From the NCBI GenBank assembly GCA_951406725.2, contig OX597820.1, positions 90,830,001 through 90,894,000 of the forward strand: a stretch of 64,000 bases of DNA. Direction: 5' to 3'. Under the pieces are notes generated by a model that searched no databases, was not told the DNA's origin, and worked only from the letters and a program-made list of their open reading frames with translations. The stretch is from Octopus vulgaris. Taxonomy: Eukaryota. The translations under genes and the position numbers were made by a program. Below, in pieces: positions 51,080 through 64,000 of the stretch (position 1 is its first letter; the number at the start of each line of letters is the position of its first letter).

Positions 51080-51860
51080 TACATAGTCTAATCAATAAAT
51101 ATCCGGACTGTTGCAATAATAACGAAACTAAAGGACGCAGAGTGAAGCAGCTTGGTCCAGATTCACCTAATTCTTTGATATGCGTGTGCACTAAGTTATA
51201 ACGTTCTAGCTCACTTATGCTGTTTGCAGCGGTGCCTGGAATGAAGGTGTATAGCATGTGGTCGTCGCATTCACCACGACAAAGTTGAGCAAAGAATCTG
51301 CATTAAAGTTTGCCAAAAGCTTGGCAATACCAGCTCAGAGGCCTACGCAAAGATTTCGAAAGGTTTTCATCGTTCTCGGCACAATCAAGGGGATGTTGTG
51401 CAACTGAAATCCCGCATCTCTTACCTATATCTTCAGTGATAATGGACTGAAATGAACCGTAACTAATCTGCACATCCTCTGATATGTCACGGATGGTGAC
51501 TCGACCATTTCCCCTCACAGTTGCACGTTCATCTGCTATATTTTTCTCAGTTCTGCTGCTTGCTGGTCTACCAGAACGTTAGTCAACTTGTGTACGACTG
51601 ATATACTCCTCTCTATACAATTTCTTCAACTTTATGTTAGCCTATGAGCAGAAAACGCTGTCATGGTCAATGCGATGATCACGCACAACACACCTTCCTC
51701 CCAAGCACTGCCGCAATAAGCGGAAGTGAGCTAGAATGTAAAAAATGTGTACGCATGCACAACAGTGTTGAAGGTCAACAGTTGTCAATTAGCTTCATTT
51801 AGCGTGCTTTAGCTTCGTTATCATGGCAACACCGTTGGTACTTATTGATCAGGCCTCGTA
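51080..51860. mobile_element. Mariner-derived non-autonomous element made of two inverted 5' ends
   Basis: About 200 bp imperfect terminal IRs. + strand KVEQRICIKVCQKLGNTSSEAYAKI; - strand RSGRPASSRTEKNI...RVTIRDISEDVQISYGSFQSIITEDIG (mariner N-terminal HTH motifs). Confidence 0.85.
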
Positions 51861-51995
<135 letters not shown>

Positions 51996-52097
51996 GTGTG
52001 CACGTGTGTGTATCTATCTATATATGTGTATGTGTGTATGCACGTTTGTTTGTATATATATCTATAGCTACCTATCTATACATACATACATACATAC

Positions 52098-52646
52098 GGT
52101 GACTGCCCCCTCGTTATCGAGTATGGCCATTGCACGAAGCTTAACCAATGTTGTTATCGTGCAATGCCTGTGCAAGATTTTTTCCAAAGTGAGGAAAGGC
52201 TGTGCACTGAGTCGATCCCACTCACTAAGCAACAGCAGCCATAATCTCAAAAGAAGAACAAGTCAACATCATCGGTAACCACTGAGCCGCAGATTTATGT
52301 CGGAGTTATCCCAGTTACCTAAGTTACCTTCTCCTAGAAGGATGCCCTAACAGAGGCTAGGAGTCCTTCACTCCCAATGGTTTAACCGCGCGATCGGGTA
52401 TTCAGTCCGATTATTTCTATGTCCTCGCGAATGATACAGCCTTAAGGCATTTATTGGATGGCAGGTGACTCTCAAGCGTTCTTCCGCCCTTTGACGGGTT
52501 TTGTTTTTCATCCCACAGGGTGTCCAATAAACACCCTCCTCACCAAGCAAGCTTGGTGGTGTTGCCGGTATAGTCGCCGACGACCCGACCATTCAGCAGG
52601 TTGTACTGGGTTACATGTTACCAGTAGCACTCGAAAGTGACCTGAC
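52098..52646 (-). mobile_element. Non-coding RTE-derived element (5'UTR-like plus 3' tail) inserted in (CATA)n
   Basis: Minus strand GGGCATCCTTCTAGGAGAAGGTAACT resembles an RTE 5'UTR motif; 3' end atggccatactcgataacgagggggcagtcacc(GTAT)n; no ORF recognised. Confidence 0.55.
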
Positions 52647-52994
52647 ATAAACATACATACATATATATATGTTTTTACGTTTAGGCATACATATAAGTAT
52701 ACAAATATATGTAAGGGTATCTAAAATGTTTGCATAATAATTAAAAACTCATGTGTATATATGTGTGTGTATATGTGTGTGTATGTGTGAGGCATGCGTG
52801 TGTGCGTATGTGCCAGCCTGCGTTTAAATGTTGAATGTTCGGGTAAATTTTCTCGATCTCTCCCTCACCAATATATATGATTACTTTTTTCCTTTTTATC
52901 ATCTCCATAGTTATTTGTTAGCTTTTGTTTTATTATTTTAAATTCTTCTTGACGTGTTTATATTTCAGTAGGAGATACTAAAACTCAATTATTC

Positions 52995-53490
52995 AAACAC
53001 TTCTGAGGTCGACCTTGCTGTTCATTATTTCGGGGTCGATTAAATAAGTACCAGTTGAATACTGGGGTCGATGAATTACCCGAAATTGCTGGCAATGTTC
53101 CAGAATTTGAGGCCAATAATTTCTACGTACTTCTTTCCTAATACCCTAGATATATCTAGTCATAGAATTGCTCAGCTGCCTGCATTTTCTGTATGTTATT
53201 CCGTAAGTTTAAAGAAAGAGCAAGAAAGGTAGCTTATCACTAGCAAGGAATGAAGACGTCGAGCTGGCAGAAGTGTTAGCATGTCGGGTAAAGTGCTAAG
53301 CGAAATTTCGCCCGTCTTTCCAATCCCAGTTCAAATTCCACCGAGGTCAACTTTGCCTTCACTCCTTTCGGGGTCAAATTTGCCTGTCATCTTTTCGGGG
53401 ATCGATAAGTACCAGTCAAGCACTGGGGTCGATGTAATCGACTAGCATCCTCCCACAAAATTTCGTGTCTTGTGCATATTGCAGAAAGCT
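52995..53490 (+). mobile_element. Two SINE family A copies (about 52995-53115 and 53258-53490)
   Basis: gaggtcgac..tttcggggtcgattaaataagtaccag; the second copy has an internal duplication of the core. Confidence 0.8.
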
Positions 53491-53981
53491 ATATTTCTGG
53501 CAAGATTCAATGTAAAACTCAACATTGAAATTGGTAGTCAACGCAATACACTAAATACTACGAGAAAAAAATAACTAATTATTAGAAGAAACCTGACGTC
53601 AATGGTTAAAAAAAAAAAAAATCTCTGTTAGTGCGTCAATGAGCAAGAGATAATACAATATTGTCGTGATGTTTGACTACAAAATAATGGACAATACAAA
53701 AACTGCTAAACTAATTTCAGCAGAAAAATAAGACCAGTAAGGTCTTTTAACATCGGCGAACCACGGAAAATTTATAGTTCTAAGCAAGACATTAACAGAA
53801 TACAGATAAATGAAGAAAAGTTTTTAAATAAAAAGTACTTTTTATTCTTATTAAGAAATATTATTACCTACCTATGTATATATATATATATATGAATAGA
53901 TATACACATATATTTTTTTATATACACAGTTATATATATACACACACACACATATATTTTCATATATATTTATGTAAATAT

Positions 53982-54045
<64 letters not shown>

Positions 54046-54704
54046 CGTATATCATATATATGTATGTCTATGCAGTGTTGGCTTTATTAGAGTATACCAT
54101 TGCATGATGTCTAAAACAAACTAAACATATTCGGGTTTGTGTGTGTTTGTGTATGTGTGCGTATGTGTGAAAGAAAGGAGAGAATGAAATGCACGGACAC
54201 ATTGAAATATATAAATTGCATTCACCACTCCAATATTAAATCGTGTGAGACATCTTGGCGGAAAGTAATTTGGATCAACGCAAAAGAGAAACAAAAATAA
54301 AATAAAAAAATATGTACATTTGGAAATGAAACAAAATATACATATAAGTTAGAGATTAATAAATGATAAGATTTCTTCGAAATGAATTTTTCTTATCTGT
54401 AATATGATCATTCTTGTGTCAGACTTTCTTTTATATTACCAATAAAAATCTGATGACTGTTTTCTATATTTTTTCCTTCTGTCATCCTCAACCGAATTAT
54501 CTGCAGTTATAGTTACACATAAACGTCATTTTTCGAAGATGTGTGGTTCTTTATTATTTCTGTATTGCCACGCTGCTAGGAAACACTTTTACTTATATTG
54601 TCAAAGTGTCATAGCTTTATAAATCTCGTACACGAAACTATACTGACGCTCCTACTTGATAGCTACATATGTTCGGACTATCACCCGAAGACCCTACAAA
54701 TTTT

Positions 54705-54739
<35 letters not shown>

Positions 54740-54740
<1 letters not shown>

Positions 54741-55230
54741 GATCCATCTTGCCTGTCCACTATTATCGGCAGAGTGGTAGTGGGTAGAGTCCTAAAGCAC
54801 CTCCTCCATTTTGCTCTACAAGAAGCAATCGTCATCAGGCTGACAGGATTCATGAACATGATGAGCTGATAATATGCATATTATTCAAACATTTCGTTTT
54901 TAGTATACCATTAAGCATCCTGTCAGGAGGCTAGGCTCGAAGAATCTATCTTGCTACTTTTCCTGCGATATTCTTATTCAATGTCCGTAGTACGTAGCTG
55001 TGACCACTCAATTCCGAGAAGAAGCGGTTCGGCCAGGAGAGACACTCTGTTCTCCAAGCTAAGCGTTCTGTCGAGTAACGTTATTCCTGAGATCCGACGA
55101 AACAACCCCCATTTCGGCCACTTGTATTCAAGATAATGTAATCTTTTGGACATTACCCAACATTCACGACCACAGGTTAGGATAGGCACGGAAACTGAAT
55201 GCATAATCGAGTGTATAGTCCTAGACAAAC
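54740..55230 (-). mobile_element. RTE-clade LINE RT C-terminal fragment
   Basis: VPILTCGRECWVM...FRRISGITLLDRTLSLENRVSLLAEPLLLGIEWSQLR matches RTE VPILTYGHExWVMT..AEMxFLRRIxGVTLxD..IRExLxVEPLLLxIERSQLRW. Confidence 0.88.
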
Positions 55231-55941
55231 TCTACTTGTGAGAAAAGAGTGACGCATGGTAAAGGGTCACGCGTCTCTGATACGTCTACTCAATTAGAAA
55301 AAAACAGACCTAGTTCCAAACAGCAGAGACATTAATAACTTATTAGTGATTTGCCGTTTGTGCTGATTTAATGTGTTATGATTGACTTTGTTGCAGACAC
55401 ATTTACTGCTTTCGTTCTATAATACACAGGACTTCTAACACACTAAGACGTATTTTTTATGACTGAGCAGTAGAATCAAAAATCACTTGAAATATGTGTT
55501 ATTCATCTTCTAATGTATAAATGTTATTCCATTGTTTTTTAAACAAAATTACTTCTAAATGTTCTTTTTATGAAAGCCGTATCTTGTTGCATATTTTCTC
55601 TATTCATGTCCATCCGACACAGCCACATCTCTTGTCACTGTCTCCCGCCGATAAACATACACATTCACATAAACACATTCACTTACACTCAAACACACAC
55701 ACAGATGTCTATGAATATATATATATACATAGATATATTACAATATTATGTACATGTGTGTATGTATGTCTATGTGATCAGACAGACTCCAAAGCTAGTG
55801 TTGTTTTGCGTCAACAAGGTATATATATATTGTGTAGCAAAATCAATAATAAAAGAGTAGAGTGTACTCTCCTTTCACCTTTTCCCATGAAGAATGTCTG
55901 TGTCTAAAGCATTGGCTTCTCCACCCCTCACGATATATTCA

Positions 55942-55994
<53 letters not shown>

Positions 55995-56399
55995 TCATAT
56001 GACCATGTAAGCGACCAGGCTATCAGACGTTGCTACACATCTCTGGTCACAATGCGTTTCGCATTGTTTTAGCTTTCAAATGACGCCAACTCGCTGGCTA
56101 AGCGAGCAGGCCAATATATATATAGTCAAATTGAACGTTAAGATAACAAAAGGACAAAAGGACGTGCATACGGAACATATTAGAATGACGTTCAGTAAAG
56201 GTGCTAAAATGTGTGTTTTTTCTGCGGTTCGAGCGTAGCTCTTCGGCAGATAGAGGAGAAAGGAAAGGTCCAAAGAAGGTAAATAAAACAATGTCCAGGA
56301 AAAGCACTATGTGTGAGATTACATGGCTGAGGTGACTGGAAATATACATAATATATATATGTATTATTTACGTACCTTCCATCATGGTTGTCATCGTAT

Positions 56400-57035
56400 C
56401 ATCAAATTCCTATCTCTGAAAGGTCGGGTGGAGGTGGCGAATGCAAACATCGAATCCGAAATATACTACTTCCAGACTGTCGTCCTTTGCCTCGCTTCGT
56501 GGCTGAACCGGCTGGTGCGTTTGTTCTACCACATCATACGGAAGGGAATGGTACCGCTTGTCAGTCATTCCATTTGCTGTCACTACCCACTGCGTGGAGG
56601 ACTGAGCATGCCGTGCCTGAAGATGTGCAGAAATGCGGTGAGGCTGCGGCATCTCCAGCGACACCTTAACGGTGAATAAGTGTAGTCGTCGTTTGTTGAA
56701 CACACTTTTCCGCTGCTCCACTCCTTGACAGAGCAACAGTCCTGGATCAGGCACATACCGAAGCAGGGCAATTGGCACCTAGACTGTCTCCAAGCGCTCA
56801 CAGCCCTCGGCCAGTCGGGCAATGCTGTCGGTGGAAGATCCACCTTGGAGTTCTTTAGGAGATTAGTGGAGACCAAGAGTGATGACGTACACGCAGCGGT
56901 CCAGGGCAGGGATCGAGAGAGATCAACTGGTTGGTCACTTCCAGACGATTTTCGGGCTGGCAACAATGAATAACTTCCAGAAATCCCTTACCTGGCAGTG
57001 CAACCGGGTGGGGGTAGGGCAGTGCCGGTTCGAGA
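56400..57035 (+). mobile_element. Tx1/L1-like LINE ORF2 fragment (post-RT region), decayed
   Basis: LSLKGRVEVAN..I.S.IYY..TVV.C...WL..L.RLF....RKG.VPLV..SICC..P.RGGL.MP is the typical L1/Tx1 'LSLxGR...FLWxG...GGLG' region; stop at 56677-56679. Confidence 0.82.
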
Positions 57036-57039
57036 TAAG

Positions 57040-57155
57040 CTTTGAAACAGACTTCGCCTTTCGTCGATGGAATAAGGTACCAATCAAGTATTAGGATTGC
57101 TGGTTTCGACTATTCACTGAAAATTGCTGGCTTTGTACCTGAGTTAGAAACAATT
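57040..57155 (+). mobile_element. SINE family A fragment
   Basis: gacttcgcctttcgtcgatggaataaggtacca...aaattgctggctttgtacct. Confidence 0.55.
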
Positions 57156-57727
57156 ATTAAAATCATGGTGACGTTATGAATCGACTTAGAACTTCATCCA
57201 TATAATACATAATCATAGCTAGTGATATGCTCCGATCAACTCAATACACCTTCCTCTTTTATTGGAAATGCTTTGCAACTGAAGAACAAAGCCATGTAAA
57301 TCAATGCTTTCGTTTGAAAGAAATAAACTTATATTCAAATATGAGTAAAAAAGAATTTTAAATTATAAAACGTAAATGAATATGTGCAAGTAATAGAAAC
57401 GATAGGTTTTGAAACCCATTGGGAAATTATTTACTGCGAGAATCACTGACCTTTACAGCAAAAGAGCTGAAGCTTGAGAATACTTTCTTGGTTGGAAAGG
57501 GAGAAGATAAGAATAGGGTTTAAGTTTATTTCGGTTAATGTATTTGTATGTATCGACCAAAAGGGTGAAGTGACATATAAATATTGGATTAGTTTTTGAT
57601 ATTTATCAAATATATAAAAATATGTGTATGTATGTTTTTATGTTTCTAATATGAATGTCTATACACACATACATAGTTATATGTATATTTATACATACAT
57701 ATATATATATATTACATACATATATAA

Positions 57728-57728
57728 A

Positions 57729-57820
<92 letters not shown>

Positions 57821-57844
57821 TAATAATAATAATAATAATAATAA
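57728..57844. repeat. (AAT)n microsatellite
   Basis: About 38 units. Confidence 0.98.
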
Positions 57845-60374
57845 GTAGCAGTTGCTTTTCGAAATTGATAAAAGCAGAGAGAATATGGGTTGCATATGAG
57901 TCCATATTACATCTCTTTTAATGTAAATGATTCTGTCGGAAGCAATTTGATAATAAAGTTGCTTGTAAAGGGGAATAAGCAGTCATGCATCTGAATGGGA
58001 TATCGTTGTAACCATACGTCTATTTACTCGATATTTTTTCATTACATACATCTTTTTCTCGCACACATACATGTATATGTATACATATGCGTATGCATAG
58101 ATGTATGTGAATATATGCAGAGAAGTTGCCAAATAAAGTGAAACATCGAGAGCTCGATAACAAAATAGATTGATGGGAAAGGAATGAGGAGAGAAAAAGA
58201 AGGAGAGTGAGATTTTGTATTCTCCTTTCCGTATGGGGATTTGCTTATTTGATTCCCTACAACCACGTGATTTACTCATAATCATTTTAAACTTTCAAAT
58301 CTTATAACAGGGAGTAAGGCGTAAGCTTAAGCGTGCTGTTTAGAAGTTTTCTTTGTAACCAAGTGAATCCGAGTTCGTTTCCATATGGCGAAATCTCCTC
58401 TAGCACAGGCTTGGGCTCGTCATTCATTTTGAAGGAGATTTTCGTCGATGGAAGCTGTGGAGAAACTTGACACAGACACACGCAGACACACACGTATATT
58501 CGTATATACACGTACTCTCTCAGTTCCGTAGATATGTGTGTTTTTATGTATCATGTGTGTTATAATGTTTTGTAAATTAAATACTTTATTATACTTTGCA
58601 AAACTTGTTTTTATACTTAACTACTTAGAGTAATGCACAACACTGCACTACTATGAAACATGTTTATTTGATAACTGATCAGAAATTTATGCTTAAGAAT
58701 CTCCATGAACAACTGGTAATGATTTAATGTTGATGCATGTTTGAAATCATTGTTACACGTTTGAAAACATTGAAGATATTAGAAACTGTGCTAGTTTATT
58801 TGAATTCTAAATCTTGGACTGAACTCAAAAAATAGCGTTTTCATATGAACACCATTTCCTTCTGGTCATTATCCAATACAGAATCGGCTGAAATGCAGCC
58901 AATATTTCTACTTCAGCAGAAATTAAGTAGCCAACAGTCGCGTTGTGGGGAAATTACGGTTAGAATTAGCTATCACTAATACGTGAAGCATTTTATTTGC
59001 ATTATCTTACAGTTGTCAATTTTATTTAATCTTAACTCTATCTACAAACGACAGGTAAAATTTTCTCATTTGTCTGGAATAAAAACGAAAACAAATTATG
59101 TTTAAAGACTATTTTGCGCTATTAAGAAAAAAAATAATGATTTCTCTGTATTAATGTGTCACATACATAATCTCAACGTGTCTTCGTTTATTTCTAAAAC
59201 TGGCTTCTAAAATTTTCAGTGAATGTATTTTCAAATGTATAAGCATTTTTGGTGCTGTTTTGTGTATTTATATGTTTGTTAATGTGGTAATTATTTAGCA
59301 CATGTTACACAAATTTATATATATTTGAACATAAAATATTAAATAAACTTTTATACATATTTATAGTAATTGTATGTTGAGATGAGACGTGATTCTGTAT
59401 ATAGTAATATTTGTGTCACACAGCTTTTTATATCAGTGTATCGAAAATTTTCTCAATATTTTTACTGCAGAATATGAGAATAAAGGAATAATTAAATTTG
59501 CCGCAAACGTTTCTTCTCAAATTTCACGCTAAAAATATTTAGTTGTCGCTATACGGTAAGAAAGTCGCAGTCATCCCCTGCGTATTGTTATTCTAATGAA
59601 TTAAACATCGCAGAGGTTATCACTTCAATTATCTTTTACTCTGTCGTCATAAATACAACATATTTACTGCTGTGATAAATTGATTTTTCTAATACTTTAA
59701 TAAATTAATCGCCCATAATTTTGCCCTCTTTGTCGTTTCTTATTGTCTTTGTCTGGTTTTTATTTGATCGTTTTTCCTTCCTCGTAGTTTCATCTTTTCT
59801 TTCTTTCCTTCCTTCCTATTTTAATTTCAGAAATTATCTTTCTCCCTCCCTCTTTTCCCATGTCTCACGATCATCCCCTCTCCTCATACATATGCTCAAA
59901 TCATAGTTTCTCTCCTATTTCACACAGAATATTCATTCGACTTCTCATTTCCTTGTTTATTATCAATTAAATTCTGTCTCTCTCTCTTTTTATTGTTCAT
60001 TCAGAATAAAACTGATTTACCAATCAGTTATCAAATACTTTGTAGTGAAAATTTTATTCCACAGAAATTGCAAACAGTTACTATTAAGTTGCTTACCCAT
60101 ATAACGGCCTCTTTCACAGGCTGATTAATAGTTTTCACCACTTCATTTTCTCTCTCTCTCTGACTCTCTCTCATAAACGCATAATCACACGATGCGAGCG
60201 AGCAACCGTCGTCAGTGGGGTGGGTTTAAGCGTGCGAATGTATATATATATTTGTACATATATATGGGAATACATATCGAAAATTGTGTGTATATATGCA
60301 TACATAAATATATGTATACATATATACATAAATACTATGTACTCATGTGTGTGTGTGTTTGTGTGTATATATTG

Positions 60375-60592
60375 TTACTCTGTTGCTTATTTCAGTCATT
60401 TGACTGCAGCCATGCTGGAGCAACACATTAAAGGGTTTTAGTCAATGAAATCGATCCCTGGACATGTTCTTCGAAAGCCTAGTACTTGCACTATCTGCCT
60501 CTTTTGCCGAATCGCTAAGTTACGGAGACGAAAACACACCAGCACCAGTTGTCTAGCTGTGGATGGTGGACAAACACACACACAGATATGTA

Positions 60593-60649
<57 letters not shown>

Positions 60650-60950
60650 TAAACCGTTTGTCAAGCGGAGATGGGGGTCAATCACAGACCTAAAGACACA
60701 CACACATATAAATACGCACGCAAGTGCGCACATATATATATGTTTATATATAATAACTTACCATATATGTTTATATATATATATATATATGCAAGGGACT
60801 TATTTCAGTTTACATACAAATCCACTCACAAGACTTTGGTCGGCCGAGGCTATAGTAGAAGACACTTTCCCAAAGTGCCATGCATTGGGATACAAAGCGA
60901 ACAATGTGGTTAGGAAGCAAACTCCTTACCACACAGTCACGCCTGCGTCT
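60375..60950 (-). mobile_element. SINE family B with expanded/duplicated internal microsatellite region
   Basis: 3' half 60375-60580 and 5' half 60795-60950. Confidence 0.8.
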
Positions 60951-60984
60951 GCATAAATATATATATATATATGTGCATGTATGA

Positions 60985-61026
<42 letters not shown>

Positions 61027-61414
61027 TTACATAGATATATATATACATATGTACATGACAGGCTTTTTTCTGTTTCCGTCTACCAAACCCACTCGCAAGG
61101 CTTTGGTCACAATGCATACAATATATATATGTATAGAGGTTTATATGTGCATATGTAAAATATATATCCATATATATACATATATATAATGTGTATATGC
61201 GAATACACATGTACGTATATGTATATATATATATATATATACACACATATATATATAAATGTAAAAAAAAATATATATGCATGTATATGTAGCTTTCTCC
61301 CCTATACATACACACACACACACATATATATGCACATGTACATACTTATAGATTTACATTTATCTTTATATCTCTATTATACTCATATGTAATAGCGAGC
61401 GTATGTAAATGTAC

Positions 61415-61452
<38 letters not shown>

Positions 61453-61517
61453 GTATGTAAATGTACGTATATATATATATATATATATATTTATTTATAC
61501 GCATGTATGTATACACA

Positions 61518-61631
<114 letters not shown>

Positions 61632-62173
61632 CATGTGTACATACACAGACGCACTCGCAGACATACATACATATTTATTAACAAGTGTGTAAGTTTATGT
61701 TACTTTAGTAGTTTGCTCATGAAATTCAATTAGCCACTGGTTTTCTGGGAAGCCACTGAAGCTGCAATGATTTTCAGAGCTATAATGTAAATCCATTAAG
61801 AAAACATGGATGCTGATTGCTACTAAATCCTTATAGCTTTTCTTGATAGTTTACTACTTTCGTTTCCTTTTCTATTTTATTTCACTTTTATTTTTAATTT
61901 ATTCTTTTTATTATAGTTTGATTTTTCATTCGATCTTTCTTCATTGGCATTGTAAACCGAAGTTTGAATTTTTGTTTATCCATCTTTATGGTTGGTTAAT
62001 TATCTGATTAGCTGTCTGGTTCAGAAGTCCACAGTTTAGTTTCCGAACTGTTCGATACGTCAATATTTCGAATCAAATATTCTGTATAATATTCTCGTAG
62101 TTCATGTTCCCTTAAATGAACGTAGTTTCTAACTATTATATTATTTCTCTCTTTTCTATTCTGTCCTTTTTCC

Positions 62174-62211
<38 letters not shown>

Positions 62212-62629
62212 ATATCTTTCTCTTTCTATATCTTTCTCTGTTCTAGCCCCACTTTCTTCTAGATGTTTATTTCTCTCAATATTTTTCTATATTTCTTTCC
62301 CCTGTGATGCATCACCTACATCTCTCCCCATCCCCCTTTTCTCTCCCTCGCTTTTTTTCTCTCCCTCTCTCACATTCTTTCCCTCCTTCCCATTTAAAAT
62401 GAATTCCTTATGTTCATATTCTTGTCAATGAAGTTGAATATCCATTCAATAGACCCCGTCGTCAAATGATTTATATATATTTCTGTACACCACCTTTACA
62501 ACGTTCATATATCTTATTTTCGATGCATTTCACATCTTTCAATATTTTCTTAGAATTATATACATTCATATGTGACTGTGAACGTATGTGTGTATGTGCG
62601 TGTGTTACTTCATACATAGATATATATAC

Positions 62630-62673
<44 letters not shown>

Positions 62674-62797
62674 GAATATGTATGTGTATATATATATATA
62701 TAGGTAGATAGACAGATAGACAGATATAGATATAGCTATAGATAGAATATATATTCATATATATTATATACTTATATTTACAGATATACTTACAGAC

Positions 62798-62852
<55 letters not shown>

Positions 62853-63517
62853 CGTATATATGTATATGTGTATGTGTATATATACATATATATATGTATA
62901 TACATGTAATATGTATGCGTATATGTATGTACGTGCGTGTGTATGTGTGTGTTTGTGTGTATGTGCGGGCGTGTTTGTCTATGATGTATGTGTATGTGTA
63001 CACATACGAGTTGAAAATAGTTTCATTTCTACAACTCAAGGAATGTAATTTCGGAAACATACCTATTTCAATATAAGAAGTAAATTCTAAAATAAGCTTG
63101 ACATTTATTCACTCGGCATCTTTTGAAATGATCATGATATACTCATAATTTTCGGAAATTTATTTAAATCTACAAATAATCTTTAGTGATATATATCGAG
63201 AATTATTTGTATTAGCAAAATACACATATAGTGTCAGAGACAAAATTTTCTGGTAGATTTGGAATTATGTATAGGACCATTAGTAAGCTTTACCTGTTTA
63301 AAGAATTTATAGTCATACATACATATAAACATATTTCTTGAAATACAAGTATAAAACCAACAAGGGGAGGATGCTGTCACAAAGTTGCACGCGTATTTGT
63401 AAATTCGTGTGTATTTCTTTACGAGTATATGTATTTGTGTTTCTATAGACAAAACAAAAATTCAAATTTATATATACATATCAGCAATAGTATGTGCAAC
63501 TTACACTAAATTTTCCG

Positions 63518-63552
<35 letters not shown>

Positions 63553-63929
63553 AATATTCAGATGTACTATATACTATGCATGATATATATATATGTGTAT
63601 ATATCATACGTATATCATACATATATTATAAATATATATATATATGGGTGGGGTGTTTAATATAGCAATATAAATACTCGCTGGACCCGTGAAAACTTCA
63701 CGAAAAATATAAAAAGTGTAAGCATCTGTAAATTGTGTGCTAGTGCTATGAGAAATGTTTCTATATTGTGAAACAGTAATATCCAATTTTGGCTGAGGAC
63801 CCAGTATATAGAGTACGGTAACTAATTGTATTGTAGGAGAGTAAAAGTAAAATCGAATATCTGCTGCGGTTATGTATCTGTCTACACGGAAATACTGATA
63901 AACTTTTAAAAATATAACAGGAAGGCCAC

Positions 63930-63990
63930 CTTCCTTTCAGTCATCATTCACTTTCTGTCCCTTCTCTCTCTCTCTCTCTCGCTTTACAGG
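63930..63990 (+). promoter_or_regulatory. Candidate 3' splice acceptor
   Basis: Long pyrimidine tract ending TTTACAG|G at 63988-63990. The window ends 11 nt later, so no exon can be evaluated. Confidence 0.3.
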
Positions 63991-64000
63991 TCACTTCATG

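Noticed and set aside
56323-56973. GC-rich Cys-containing ORFs as a host exon
   Set aside because: Match L1/Tx1 ORF2 motifs and contain in-frame stops; no splice sites support an exon

Overview
AT-rich, microsatellite-dense eukaryotic non-coding DNA (intergenic or a very large intron). The SINE families and simple-repeat spectrum look like a coleoid cephalopod (Octopus-like); this is an inference from repeat content. No intact protein-coding gene is supported, and nearly all listed ORFs are translations of (TA)n/(TG)n/(TTA)n repeats. The window holds many tRNA-derived SINEs of at least four families and decayed LINE fragments (Tx1/L1-like x2, R4/Dong-like, RTE x2, CR1-group). It also holds Tc1 and mariner remnants and a decayed Penelope-like (PLE) GIY-YIG ORF. 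The most striking structure is a set of non-coding fold-back elements sitting in or beside (TA)n arrays (25042, 30620, 32709, 33220, 41917, 42439, 47341). Most have the layout inverted copy + forward copy + unique 3' tail, and several carry minimal type-I hammerhead ribozyme cores. These read as non-autonomous, TA-targeted Penelope-like retroelements. A tRNA-headed element with a hammerhead-like tail (7720-7952) and a (TAA)n-embedded element sharing its 3' terminus with the R4/Dong fragment (6421-6966) are also notable.
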